Shown: positions 1-12,880, counted from the first letter of the stretch. The stretch: DNA of 64,000 nt from Azolla caroliniana (GCA_043228905.1 JBHGNT010000022.1:12648001-12712000), one strand, 5' to 3'. Numbers and translations: made by a program. The notes: a model not told the origin generated them from the sequence alone.

Positions 1-596
1 AGCCTAATTTTGTGAATTTTCAATTTTATGACATGGTGGGATTTTAAGCTTTTCCATTGAGTCTTTGAGCACATGTGATACAGGTATATCACATTTTTTG
101 TGAGATGGTTAAAAAAACCCTGAAATCTAATAGAATATTCCTTATCCTTCCAATTGTGCGTGATCCTTCCACTTCTGAACGCGAACGTGTTAGAAGTTCT
201 TCCTGCATGAAGGATATCTGTGGCAACATTCGAAAACCAAGGTTGGAAACCCGCAAACAGTAATTATAGGTTCTGAAGGGCAAAGAAAGGAGATAATGAG
301 AGAGCTACATGACAAAGAATGGGTTGGTCATCGAGGAGTGTGGGCCACTTTCAATAAGATTAAAGAAAGGTTTAGGTGACCTCGATACTACGAGAAATAA
401 AAAAAAGTATGTGGAAACTTGTCCCACTTGTCGATGTTATTCAAATGTAAAATTTTGTGATGAATTACACCCAACATACTCACCGAGGGTGCATTACAAG
501 TGGGTGATAGATTTGGTAACAATGTCACTTGGAGTAGGACAAAAGAAATACTTGATCCTTGCAAGAGAAGATCTAACAAATCAAATGGAAGGACGT

Positions 597-1359
597 TGTC
601 GTGAATATTTCAGGCCATAACAGGAAACATAGCCGAATGCGTGTGAACGTGGGTGTGCACAAGTGCATCCCCCTTTTGTACTAACATGTGTAAATACTAA
701 GTAATGATAGGGTTTTGGTGATTACTAGGAAGTTAGGCTTTAATAGGTGCTTTAATATCACGTAGGTGGAGGAGAATAAAAAAAGGGGATAATGGGAGAA
801 AATCAAGAAGGGAATCAAGGGGGATAACGAAAGGTCATAAAACCTAATGTAACGGCCATCCCTTGCACTATAAAAGGGGCGGCCCCAAACTGTTTTAGAA
901 ATCGATGTTTGAGGAGAAGAAAACCTTGTCGTTCAAAGTATCAAAGCTCTCTCTCTATCTCTCGGTCTCTCTCTTATTACGACCAACGACTGAACTCCAG
1001 AAGGTGCATCCTTTGCTCACATTAGACGCCCGTGTGCTCCCCACCAGAGGATCACCACTCTGCGTGTGTTTACTGTAGAGCTCGAAGATATGTTCCCGGC
1101 TCAGACCAGTTGTACTCCCTGCGCATCACGCGCACGTTCTAACTAATACTGTTATTCTATTATGTTGTCTTGTGTTGCAATTCCATCATATCGCGTTGTA
1201 ACGGTGACCTACGACCGTCTCCCTCTTGTCCCTCTCTATTCTGTCTACGGTCTGTGTGTACGCAATGCGAGGGATATTCCTCCTCTTTGCTCGATGCCTT
1301 GGTTCAAGACCCCCGTGGTTTTGCCCCATTTCTACGCATCCGCGCAGAATAGCGTGACA
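597..1359 (+). mobile_element. Solo LTR (763 bp) inserted in the Gypsy integrase
   Basis: TGTC...GACA termini. TSD ACGT at 593-596 and 1360-1363. TATAAAAGGGG at about 870 followed by a CT tract. Excision restores the integrase frame. Confidence 0.85.
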
Positions 1360-1949
1360 ACGTGCACTACGAACAAAAGGGACATCAAGAGTATGTCAAT
1401 TCATCTTGGAGGACATTGTTTGTAGATATGGATGTATCGGGAAGATAGTAGTAGATATGGGAGAGCTCAATTCTGCAGAAGCTCAAGATTTTTTCGACAA
1501 AGTAGGGAGTCAGCTTTCTATGACAATGGCGTACAATCCGGGGCCAATAGTCAAAGCTTTAACAAATGCATGCAAAGGACGGGTCAGTGATTGGCCAAAA
1601 ATCTTACCCTATGCATTGTGGGTTGATAGGACAACTCACAACCAGTGTTGGCAAAGTTTTTAACCCCTACCGGAAATTTTCCTGTTGCTTATGATCCTAA
1701 CCGGAAATTAAAAAATTTAACCGGCCACTTTCCTACGAGTGATAATGTCAACCGAAACATGTTAAATTATTTTTTATCACATACCAAAAGAAAATAGCAC
1801 AAGATGAGGTAGCAACATAAATAGAGTACATACGTTCTATGAAGCAAATATGTTATCCCTCCCCTACTTGGTTCGGCCTCTACATAGATGAGGTAGCAAC
1901 ATTGAGATGGTGAGATTTTTTGTTGACATCATAATCTTGGTCTCTAAAT

Positions 1950-3150
1950 CTCGTGCAAGTACACAATATCATCTCAATAACCTATATGGTATTCCTTGTG
2001 AAAAGGGGTTCACGGTAAATACTAAGACCATGAACTTCAATGCATCCACTTTGACGTTTTAATAAGTTGTCTTCAACCTATCAAGAGGGCATGTTGAAGT
2101 GGTGAATTCTTGTCTATATCTAGGGGAGAAATTTACAAGCATAAATGGGCATTTCTCTATGACCATGCCACCATGGATCGACTAACTTTGGTTATCCTTG
2201 AGCTTTAGCAGACTTCCTCCCCTACCCTTACATATGATGCAACCACATGGGCTTTAAGACGCCCCATGTACATATGGACATAGAGAGTCCACTAATCATT
2301 ATGTTGTCCTAGATAACATATAGCAAAGTATCCACCCCACATGAGATCATTTGAGTTCAATTGACAAAACTCTTCCCCCTTGATGATAGAAGCATTGTTC
2401 CATCAGTCCAAAACAATCATTAGCATCACTAAACCCATACATACTAGTTATGACTTAGTGAGTATTGAGATTTTACCTTGATGACATTCTCTTTGCCAAA
2501 AAGATCCTACTTTGTTGATTATACCTTTAAGAAAAAAGGATAATATCTAAGATATCAGTCATGACATACAGCTCCAAGCATCCAAACTTGGCCGTATGTC
2601 CATATTAGCATGTTACTATCACAACTCCACAAACAAGGGTCATGTATCATGTAGACTTTGCATATATGAACATCAAATAATGAACCTTAGTATTATAATG
2701 AATCATTCTTATACTTTTACGAGACATAATAACACAATATTTATTTCTAGTAATTGGCTTGGAGTTTGTGGAGCCAACCCTCTAGAAATGGTATTTAGTG
2801 ACCTCACCCTATATGAAAATTATAGAAAATTGAAAGTAGCTCAAGAATTAACATTGCCCTACAAGGAATCTATATCACTAACCTATAAATTATTAGTAGT
2901 AGAAAAACCTATAAAATGGCACATAATCATGATTTGAGATTACATTATTAGTCATTGTTAAAACATAAAATCTATATGCCACATAACCATAATCTGGGAA
3001 GATGGAATATGAATCAAAGACTTGTAAGTCAATTCATGCTCTTTTCTTCTCAAATTATTAATGTTGGTTTGAGACCCAGTTCTGATCATATCTCCAGGTC
3101 TATGTTGGGCATAATTGTGATCATAGTTATGTATTTTGTAAAACCAATCA
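1950..3150 (+). pseudogene. Highly decayed non-LTR retrotransposon (RTE-like) fragment inside the hAT element
   Basis: Residual peptides HVEVVNSCLYLG, KVSTPHEII*V and SPLMIEALF resemble the post-RT region of plant RTE-type LINEs (recognised from memory). Many stops and frameshifts; boundaries approximate. Confidence 0.35.
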
Positions 3151-3326
3151 CATAACCGTAATCGGTATTGTGATCAGTCATTGATCGGTCCACAGAAAGG
3201 GACACAATAATAACTTCGGTCCACTAAAAATCAAGAAACATACAAGAGTCGATTAATTAGAATTGAATTGCTTCCTATGGGAAATGGCATGATTCTTGGC
3301 TCCACATATTGTTGATCATGCATGCA

Positions 3327-3329
<3 letters not shown>

Positions 3330-3379
<50 letters not shown>
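3330..3379. repeat. (CT)n microsatellite
   Basis: About 25 CT units seen directly. Confidence 0.95.
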
Positions 3380-3381
<2 letters not shown>

Positions 3382-4452
3382 GATGGAGTGGGTTCCAGAC
3401 TATGTTGGGTGGTATGTAGCAAATAGTTTTGGAGTACAAAGTTGTGTTCGGTATCTTTTTCTTATCTTGTGTGGATTATAAGTTGAATATATAACCTAAA
3501 TGTGAATACATATGCTAAAATAACACAGATTGAAAACGTGTCTTTAAACCAAATTTCAGTCAGTTCATGGAAAGTTCTAAAAAACATGGAAGTAAAATTG
3601 TTCAGAAATTCCAAGATAATAAGAAAGCATTTCAACATTTGTATTATTACATCAATTTTATCCTCAAATTTTTATTTTACAGATACATAAGCATTATTGC
3701 CACCTCCCAAGGTTGTTATACCTTCCACGTCATACCAAATATGTGCATATATATAATGCTCACAATGATGGGTGGTTTAAGGTTATCAATATTGTGTGAG
3801 ACAGAGATAGATATAAAAGTAAACGTAATATTAATGTCATCAAAGGGCTTCATACCAAAAGTTACATCCATTTGAAACTTATAGAGAAAGTGCATGTGGG
3901 TGTCGGTGTGCTCCATTTCAAGTCGAAGGTGCAGGGAATCGAAGGCGCAAGAAAAGAGAGGGAAAAGAGGGGGGAAACAAGGATTCTAGAGTGGGGCAGA
4001 GGGGGGAAACAGGGAAAAACACACTAAAAAGAAAAGAGGAGAAAGAGGGGGAAAGAGGGATTCGAGAGTGGGGGCAGAGGGGCAAAACATGGAAAAACAC
4101 AGTGAAAGAGGGGGGAAAGAGGGAAAGTCATCTTTTTAACATTATTCTTTAAAAAAATGTATAAATAGCCGGTTACAAAAATATGAACCGGCTAGATTCC
4201 GGTTTTGAGGAAATTCTTGTCGGAATCAATTCCGGCTCCCCCCCACCTTGGCCAGCAAATGTCCCAACCCAACCGGAACATTGACATTGTTCCTAGGACT
4301 TTGCCCAACACTGCTCACAACACTATTACCGGATATATGCTTGAAGAATTAATCATAGGACAGATAATGCTAATTGAAGAGAAAATGCTAATTGAAGAGA
4401 AAATAACTACATGGGTTGTGTTGCCTTGGGAATCAGAAATGAGTAGGTAAGA

Positions 4453-4907
4453 TATTAGAGATCTAGGTACTAAAGTAAGCTTAAGATAAGGATAAAGTAA
4501 TAATAGATAGAAAGGAGAAAGAGAAAGAAGGGTGCCGATCCACCCGACCACCCCCGAGCGAAGGGATCGAGACGGACTCGAGCCTCGATCGGCGTCCCAT
4601 ACCACCGTCGTGGCGTCGAGTCGTACCTGGTGTTGGCGCGCTCGCTAACAGAGTTCACCCACCACAAGAGCAGAGTCTCGATGTAGTCAAAAGATGATCA
4701 AATGAGGGTAGCTAGGCCTCTTATTTATAGCGATACCCAAGGCCCCCAGGCAAGTTCACACTTGACCTAATGGGTTGTCTCAATCCCGAGGATTAAAAGT
4801 AATCCTCCCCTTCTTTACACTCTCATTTAACCCTCACACTTATCCACGTGTATAGAATACTACGGTAAATTCTCACCACGGGATATTAAATGGTCATGCT
4901 CATAACA
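4453..4907 (-). repeat. 3' LTR of the chromovirus
   Basis: Direct repeat of 10995-11449. Minus-strand termini TGTTA...CTAATA. Confidence 0.92.
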
Positions 4908-7900
4908 TACTCCCTCTCTTTAAAACATTGCACTCTTGCAATGGAAAGTTAGGGAAGTTAGTTCTAAGAGTATTTTCGCGTTCCCATGTGGCATCTTTTA
5001 TTGATTTATCCATCCACTTTATTTTAAATTCTCGGATTTCTTTAGTACGTAATTTTTTTGTTTTAACATCGAGAATTCTTTCTGGTACATGTGGTTTAGA
5101 AGATAATTCTTCAGAAGTAACCAGAGTTTCAGTTGTAACTGTATTGTCACTAGAACCTAGAAGTTCTTTTAGTCGACTCACATGAAAGACTGGATGAATT
5201 CCGACACCATCGGGAAGAGCAAGACGATAGGCTGATGACCCAATGCGTTTGAGGACTGCAAAAAGTCCACAAAACCATGGGGCTAACTTAGCGCACTTAC
5301 CCGTAGACAATGTCTTAGAATTGTGAGGTACACGTAAAAATACCTTCTGTCCAGGGTTGAATACACAAGGTTGACTATGATGATCGGCATAAAAACGCGC
5401 TCTATCTTGAGCTGTTTTTATATTATCTCGTGCAATATGCAACATATCTTGCATATCCCGAAGAAAGTTTTGCGTACTTCACAACTCATCATGATGTATA
5501 TTAACATCAATCGGGGCTCGTGGCTGAAAACCATACATCAACATAAAAGGACTATATCCTGTCGACGTATGCTTGGAGCTGTTATAAGCAAACTCCAAAA
5601 TTGGGAGATAACGTTCCCATTTTGTTGGTTTTGCACCAACGTAGGCTCGAAGCATGTCCTCAATAATTTGATTTACTCGTTCTGTCTGTCCATCGGATTG
5701 AGGATGATCCATGGAGCTCATGCTCAACGTAGTTTCTAACTTCTTAAAGACTTGCGTCCAGAAGTCACTAGTAAACTTTGGATCTCGATCACTCACGATA
5801 TCCATCGGTAACCCATAAAAACGAAACAATTCGTCAACGAATTGGTAAGCCAATTCAGGAGCTGTTACCGTGGTTTTAGTAGCAATAAATCTGGCCATTT
5901 TAGTTAGTCGATCAACCACAACCCAGATGGCATCATGACCTTTTTGGGTGCGAGGAAGGCTAACAATAAAGTCCATGGATATACTTTCCCACTTATTATT
6001 GGGAATGTCCAAGGGATGTAAAAGTCCTGCGGCTTTAAGTCGCTCGGCTTTGTTAACCTAACACTGGTGACATTTAGTCACATAGCTATGTATGTCAGGA
6101 TGCATCTTAGGCCAATAAAATTGAGTGGAGATAAGAACGAGTGTACGATGTATTCCAGGGTGCCCTGCTGAGAGTGCATCATGGCATTCAAAAAGAATCC
6201 TCTTTTTGACCTCGGGTAAATCTGGAACACAAACCTTCCCATTACGGTAGAGCAAACCCTTAGCAATGTGGAAGTATTCCTTCGAGGATGTGGTGGTGTT
6301 TGTTCCAGACTCAACTCTTGCCCAGTATTTTGCAAAATAACTATCATCAGGATACTTTCCTCGAAGATGATCATAAAGATCTGCTGTTATTTCAATGAAG
6401 CTAAGCATGTTAACTTCACGGATGCGACTTAGTGCATCAGCGACAGTGTTCATGGAACCTTTACGATATTGTATGGAAAAATCAAAGTCCTGGATGAGAT
6501 CAGCCCATCGTGCCTTACGACCTTTCAGGTCTTGTTGGTTACAAAAATATTTCAAGGACTTGTGGTCCGTAGTTACCACAAAGCGATTTCCATAAAGATA
6601 ATGGCGCCATGTTTTCAGCGCATGTATAACTGCAAATAATTCCTTTTCTTGAACGGTATACTAACATTGAGCAGAATCAAGTTTCTTACTCTCGAATGCT
6701 ATTGGTTTACCATCTTGATATAAGACAGCACCTATAGCATAATCGCTTGCATCGGTTTCAACCTCAAAAGGTTTTGAAGGATCATGTAAAATAAGTGAAG
6801 GAGCCTTGCAAACCAGGTCCTTGAGTTCCTTAAAGGCGAGGTCTAGTGTAGCATTCCACACTATAGGTTTTGTAGACTTACGCGTTTGACCTTTTAAAAG
6901 ATCAATAAACGACGTCGTCAATTGGGAGTAATTACGAAGAGACTTTCGCAAAAACCCAACAAAACCAAGGAATGATCGAACTTCTCGAATATTCCGAAGA
7001 CTGGGCCAAAGCTTGATTTTCTCAATGCGAGAAGGATCAATTTCAACTCCTCGTTCGGTTATGAGATGTCCAAGATAAGTAATTGATTTCTTGAAGAACT
7101 CACATTTTGAGATCTTCGCATAAAACTGTTTGTCACGCAATGTTTGTAAAACAAAGCGGACATGTCTAGCATGTTCTTTTAATGTACGGCTATAAACTAA
7201 AATATCATCCAAGAAAATAACGACAAATTTTCCAAGTTGTTCTCGGAAAATGTCATTCAAAGTAGCCGGAGCATTGGTCAAACCAAAAGGCATAACCAAA
7301 AACTCGTAATGGCCATAGCGTGTACAAAATGCCGTTTTAGGAACATCGTCCTCACTTATACGTATTTGATGGTAGCCAGTACGGAGATCAAGTTTTGTAA
7401 AATACCGAGCTCCCTGGAGACGGTCAATTAGATCATCAGCCCGGGGCAATGGGTACGAATTCTTGATCATCACTTTATTCAAGCGTCGGTAATTAATACA
7501 CATACGCCATGTGCCCTCTTTCTTTTTTACCAAGAGACTTGGTGCACCCCATGGAGATTTACTATAACGCATATAACCCATTCGTAAATAGTCCTTGAGT
7601 TGCTTAGATACCTCATCTTCTTCGGATCGACTTAAGTGATACGGAGGTATACTTATTGGTGCAACACTAGGTACAATATCTATACGATGGTCTATATTAC
7701 GTTTAGGAGGTAACCCATCAGGTAGTTCACTTGGAAAAACGTCATGAAAATCATTTAAGATTTCATCAAGTTGTTGTAGTTCAAAATATGTTAATTGAAC
7801 CCAGACATTATCGATATTGTAAACGTGAATGTCCGGATCAAGTACACAATAAAATAACGTAGAACAAGACAACTCGGATATTGATAGACACGAGGAAACA

Positions 7901-9307
7901 ATCGAGAGGGATTGTTTTTTTTACACATTGAATAAAATGCGTACAATCGTTCAGTACAAAAGACATGGAATGGCGAACCCAATCAATAAATAAAGAAGAG
8001 TTTTTATTATAAAACCAGGGATAACCCAGTATTACATTGGTGGTACAAAGATTCATTACATGGAAGTCTACTTCCTCTATATAAGTATCAATAGAAATTC
8101 CTAATGAATGAATCGCCCCGTTGATGTATTGTACTCTTCCATCAGCCAAGTGCACCGTGTAGGTGTGATCACTTACGGTGGGTTGGATTCCCCATATCTG
8201 AACCAAACGATCATGCACAAAATTGTGTGAGCTTCCTGAATCAAATAAAAATTGTACGAGAGATCCATTGATATACCCGTTTGCACGTAGTAAATCATTG
8301 GGACCCAATACATAGTGAGGGAAAGAACATTGACAATTACTTAAATGATGTGTATAGACCTGAAGGACATTAGGAATCTGACCTTTATGGTCTGCAGCTT
8401 TAGCTTTGTTGTCGTGCTCTTTCCGTTGGAGCTTTCGACATTGATCTTTTGTATGACCCTTCTTTTTGCAGAATACGCAAAAAGGATGTTGTTGCTTACA
8501 ATCGCGATCCAGGAATTCGTTGGGTGTCTTGCGTTTCCCAACAAATTGCGACTGCTTAGTCCCGGGCGCTTCGTTGGGTTTGTTGTGGTCCTTCTTCGAA
8601 GTGCGTTGATAGCGAAGAACTATTTCAACGGCCTCTTCGAAGGATTTTGGATCCTTATCGTGCACTATCCAGTGATAGTCCGAATTGGGGATGCCATTGA
8701 CAAAACAAGCTATCAACCAATTGTCCCCTTCTAGACCCGATTTTTGGATTTGGGTTCTAGCATGGTGAAAATAGTCTTCTAGAGAGGAAAATTTCCTGCT
8801 AGAGAGGTTCATTAAAGCTTGTGCTGCCTCGATTCGAGAGGGAGGTTGCAAAAATTGGCCCTTAAAAACCGTGACAAAATTTGTCCAGGTATCGAGCAAT
8901 TTCCCCATAGTACGGAACCCACGCCACTAGGCGGCGGCCTTACCCCCGAGTTCTCGGCCGACATATGCAATCTTCGTACTATCTGGCGTGGGATAGAGCT
9001 CAAAATGAGACTCCCATCGTCCCAGCCATGTGCAGATTGGTTCTTCGGTTCTTTCCTTTTTTTCTCCCGTAAATGGCTTAACGACAAATGATGGTTCACC
9101 TTGTCGCTCATCAGGTCTATTAGTCTCACGTTGTAGACTAATGACACGTGCCTCAAGAGCACTCTGAGATTGCCGAAGTTCGGTCATCTGTTGAGCGGTG
9201 AAATTAAGATATTGGGTTATTTGTGCCAAATACATCTCAGTGGACATTTGTCCAAGAGGATTCCCTTGAGTTCCCTTGAGTTCCTTCGGGTCGTTAATTT
9301 GAGCCAT
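4900..9307 (-). pseudogene. Chromovirus gag-pol polyprotein, interrupted
   Basis: Zinc knuckle CVFCKKKGHTKDQC, protease [21 protein letters not shown], RNase [15 protein letters not shown], integrase WESISMDFI..SDRDPKF..GQTER, chromodomain PERILD..FKIKW..DATWE. Premature stops at 8927, 6661, 6058 and 5479, and a frameshift near 7850. Confidence 0.92.
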
Positions 9308-10489
9308 TAAAGATTATTTCTGGAAAAGAGATAGGATAAGGTAAGAGAGATAGTCATAACATCATGTCGTGATGTAAACATATCATGGGCAAACATTAAT
9401 CGATATCATGATCTCACGTCAATACCCCTCTAGAAGTATGAGATGAGGTTCAAGATCAGGTTACTATGGTAACACAAAGGTGTTTTAAAAACCATGGGGG
9501 TGACAAATAAATGTCTTTCCCCCTGATCTCTATATCGATTTTTTCATGGTGGCTCCCCAAGGCTCAACCATGTATGTTCGCGTCATGAATAGTTTATACA
9601 CGAAAAAAATGTTAACAATAAACTATGTTTCAGTGCCCACATATGTGGTTTCGGCTCTTTAAGTCCTATTACGAGGACCCCGAGGTGCACTTAGACCTTA
9701 AGTCTAAACATGTGTTATAGTCATATGTATCAAGGATGTTGTATGGTCTTGGTCATATTTGAACTCGAGACCTCGAGAACAAATACATTAAACACTTAAG
9801 CTAACCAAATAAGTTGCTCTTCTTGAATGCTTAATATTTGATGCGTATAAAAGATATGTGAGGCATTTGATCATATATGTTTTTTTTAAAAGAACATATA
9901 TGTCAAGGGTCCTTATTTCGCCCTCATTTACCAAACTATGTTGGTACGTTACCTAACCTCAAGTCTCGTAATTACAATGGCATACGCCAAAGTGCAACCT
10001 AATGGTCAAGCCAAATGAGCCATCGTTTCGTAGTAGGCCCACGTGGCCCATCACATGGTCACGTCATTACGAATGCCTCTCGTAAGAACGAGCTCATGGT
10101 GGCATCGTATCCATGTAACGAGGGAGGGATGTTGGATACGTGTGTCATTGGAACGACCTCAAGTGAAGTGGGTCAAGCCCTACGTACTCAACATCATTAT
10201 GGCTATAGGCGTTTCTTTACGTAACGAAATCGAGGTCATCAACGGGGTTGTCAACAATAAAAAATTGTTGAAAAAGGGATGCTGACAATGCCATTCTCAC
10301 AAAAATGTGAGGACGGCCACCAACATCCTTTTCCCGACAAGGACAACTTTCGATATAATCACGTAATAACGAATATACACATATGTTTACTTACGACATA
10401 TATACGATCAAATACGTATATACGTGACCACATATGCCTATATTAACATATCGTTATATTAAATAGCCACAAATGATGTGAGCGAGATA

Positions 10490-10750
10490 CGTAATCGAGG
10501 TATATACCTCTACGCACACGAAACATCCACAAATAAGAGATCATCGTAATACGCAATTGAGGTATTGCCCTTTTACGCATACAAGACCAAACGCATATCG
10601 TTTACAACAAATCAAGGTATTAAACTCATACGCAAACGTAACATATGTTCGTGAACGTAATACGTAATTGAGGTATTAACCTCGTACGCATACGACACTC
10701 ATCACATATCATCTATATGTCAAACGAGGTATTGACCTCGTGCACATATG
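10490..10750. repeat. Five degenerate ~56-bp units, each with a palindromic GAGGT-ATTA-ACCTC core, in the chromovirus 5' leader
   Basis: Cores start at about 10497, 10559, 10614, 10670 and 10726. Confidence 0.7.
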
Positions 10751-10994
10751 TAAACGTTTTAGATAATCAATTAAAGACCACTACAACATCATTGACTTAA
10801 TGAAAAAATGACATATAAACTAAACACATGATTAGATGGGAGAAGAGAGAATAGAAAAAAAATTATGGAAAGAGTTACCGAAGTTCCTTGTTGATTGTTG
10901 TCTGGATCAAGGCCGACCGCACATCGATCGATCAACATCAATCAAAAGACAAATGAAAAACAAAGAAACATTAGTACATAAATCTGATACCAAA

Positions 10995-11449
10995 TATTAG
11001 AGATCTAGGTACTAAAGTAAGCTTAAGATAAGGATAAAGTAATGATAGATAGAAAGGAGAAAGAGAAAGAAGGGTGTCGATCCACCCGACCACCCCCGAG
11101 CGAAGGGATCGAGACGGACTCGAGCCTCGATCGGCGTCCCATACCACCGCCGTGGCGTCGAGTCATACCTGGTGCTGGCGCGCTCGCTAACAGAGTTCAC
11201 CCACCACAAGAGCAGAGTCTCGATGTAGTCAAAAGATGATCAAATGAGGGTAGTTAGGCCTCTTATTTATAGCGATACCCAAGGCCCCCAGGCAAGTTCA
11301 CACTTGACCTAATGGGTTGTCTCAATCCCGAGGATTAAAAGTAATCCTCCCCTTCTTTACACTCTCATTTAACCCTCACACTTATCCACGTGTATAGAAT
11401 ACTACGGTAAATTCTCACCACGGGATATTAAATGGTCATGCCCGTAACA
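10995..11449 (-). repeat. 5' LTR of the chromovirus
   Basis: Followed on the minus strand, after 2 nt, by the PBS TGGTATCAGA. Confidence 0.92.
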
Positions 11450-11898
11450 TAAGATTTACTTGCTATTCAGATACGACAGCTTGAATCCAAGATAGAAGAC
11501 ATAGAAAAAGCAGCTAGTAGATTGAAAGAGGCTAGAACCAAGAATAAGGACCGATTTGACAAGATAAAAAGAATACGACCAAGAAAGTTGTAAGAGGGAG
11601 ACTAGGTATTAGTATATGATAGTAGCCTAGATAATCAATACAATACTATTCAGAAGTTCGCAAAAAGATGGTTTGGACCTTATAGAAGTTAGGAAAATAA
11701 CCAATAAGGCTACATATTTCCTTAATGAATTAGATGGAACAGAAATTCGTACCCCAATTGCAAAAGAAAGGATTAAAATATTTAAAACGAGGGAGTCACT
11801 AGAACCTGAGTTTTATGAAGAAGAAGAAGAACTAAAAAACTCAAAAGAAGTGTTGGATGAACTCTGCACAACCAATGTGCAAGTTTAGAGGGGGTGGG

Positions 11899-12472
11899 TG
11901 TCATCAAGAAATTGCTTCACGATATAAAAATGAACTCAAATATTGGATCAAGTGACATTCAAGGACTTGAACCCACAACCTAATATACCAAATAAAAAGT
12001 TTATACCACTAAGCTAAGTTATCTTTTAAAGTTAAATTTTCATCATTATATTTATCAAATGTTTATTTTCACATTACAGCAATCATGCATCACATGCATG
12101 TCTTGTACCCTCACATGCATCATATGCATGGAGACACCTATAAAAAGAGGGGAAAGTATGAAGGAAGAGAATCACGAGAAAGACAAAAAATCAAATAATA
12201 ATCAACCAAACAAGTTAGCTTATCTACGAAGAGTCTTGTGTTTCAAAATTGAAGTCAAGGGTTCAAAGCTAGAGTTTGGCAAAGAAAAGTCACATCTTGC
12301 AATCAAGCATTGTAAAGTTGGTAAAATTTTGTATTCTTACTATGAAACATGTTCTTATCGTATACTCTTGCTTCATAAATCATACATTTCCTCTATCTCT
12401 TGTCCTTGCTCGTCTCTCTCTCTTACAGATTATTTTTATCTCTTATTCCTCCTATATTTAATCTCTGTGACA
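11899..12472 (+). repeat. Probable 3' LTR of the host Gypsy element
   Basis: Follows a purine tract. TGTCA...TGACA termini and TATAAAAAG at about 12139. The partner LTR is outside the window. Confidence 0.65.
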
Positions 12473-12489
12473 TCGTCGCACCTACCCCA

Positions 12490-12880
12490 ACAACGGTGAC
12501 TTAGATGAAGAAATCTATATGGACCAGCCGAAAGCAGAAACATCTATTGTGCCGACTCAAGAAGAGTCTTTATGGCCTTAAGCAGGCACTGAGGCAATGG
12601 TATCGAAAATTGGACGACTTCATATAGTTGATCGGATTTTCTCGTAGTGGTGAGGACCATTGCCTGTACTCGAAAGACGCACGAGATGGATCACCGCATC
12701 TTCCTCATCCTCTACGTGGATGATATGGTACTATCCGGCCAAAATGCCGAAGAGCTTGCCAAACTCATTTGGCAACTACAATTAAAATTCACCATGAAGG
12801 ACTTAGTTCCTGCGTGTCATATTCTCGGGATGAAGATCACATGGCATCACAATAAGAAACGGTTGTTTCTATCTCAGAAC
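12490..12880 (+). pseudogene. Ty1/Copia reverse transcriptase fragment
   Basis: GDLDEEIYMDQP, CRLKKSLYGLKQALRQWY, LILYVDDMVL, MKDL..HILGMKI. Confidence 0.85.

Larger units (their letters stand above)
1643..4313. mobile_element. Non-autonomous hAT-type DNA transposon (2.67 kb)
   Basis: Left TIR CAGTGTTGGCAAAGT, right TIR ACTTTGCCCAACACTG (1-nt indel). Perfect 8-bp TSD CTCACAAC at 1635-1642 and 4314-4321. ACCGG motifs are repeated near both ends. No transposase ORF. Confidence 0.9.
4453..11449 (-). mobile_element. Full-length Ty3/Gypsy chromovirus LTR retrotransposon (7.0 kb), mildly decayed
   Basis: 455-bp LTRs at 4453-4907 and 10995-11449 with about 8 transition differences. TSD TAAGA at 4448-4452 and 11450-11454. 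tRNA-iMet PBS TGGTATCAGA (minus strand, 10983-10992). PPT aagagagggagta next to the 3' LTR. Domain order gag-PR-RT-RH-INT-chromo. Confidence 0.95.
1..12472 (+). mobile_element. Degenerate Ty3/Gypsy LTR retrotransposon (3' part: integrase, PPT, 3' LTR), split by three nested insertions
   Basis: HHCC motif (ELHDKEWVGHRG...YVETCPTC) at about 200-440. Removing 597-1363, 1643-4321 and 4453-11454 restores integrase text: NQMEGR|ALRTKGTSRVCQFILEDIVCRYG...WVDRTTHN|TITGYM...PWESEMSR*D|LLAIQIRQLE...KRWFGPY. PPT (agagggggtggg) at about 11887-11898. Confidence 0.85.

Noticed and set aside
10490-10750. CRISPR-like palindromic repeat/spacer pattern
   Set aside because: It lies inside a plant LTR retrotransposon leader, the repeats are degenerate, the linkers are related to each other, and there are no cas genes.
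11955-12020. Functional tRNA gene
   Set aside because: A/B boxes are present but there are no convincing acceptor or anticodon stems.
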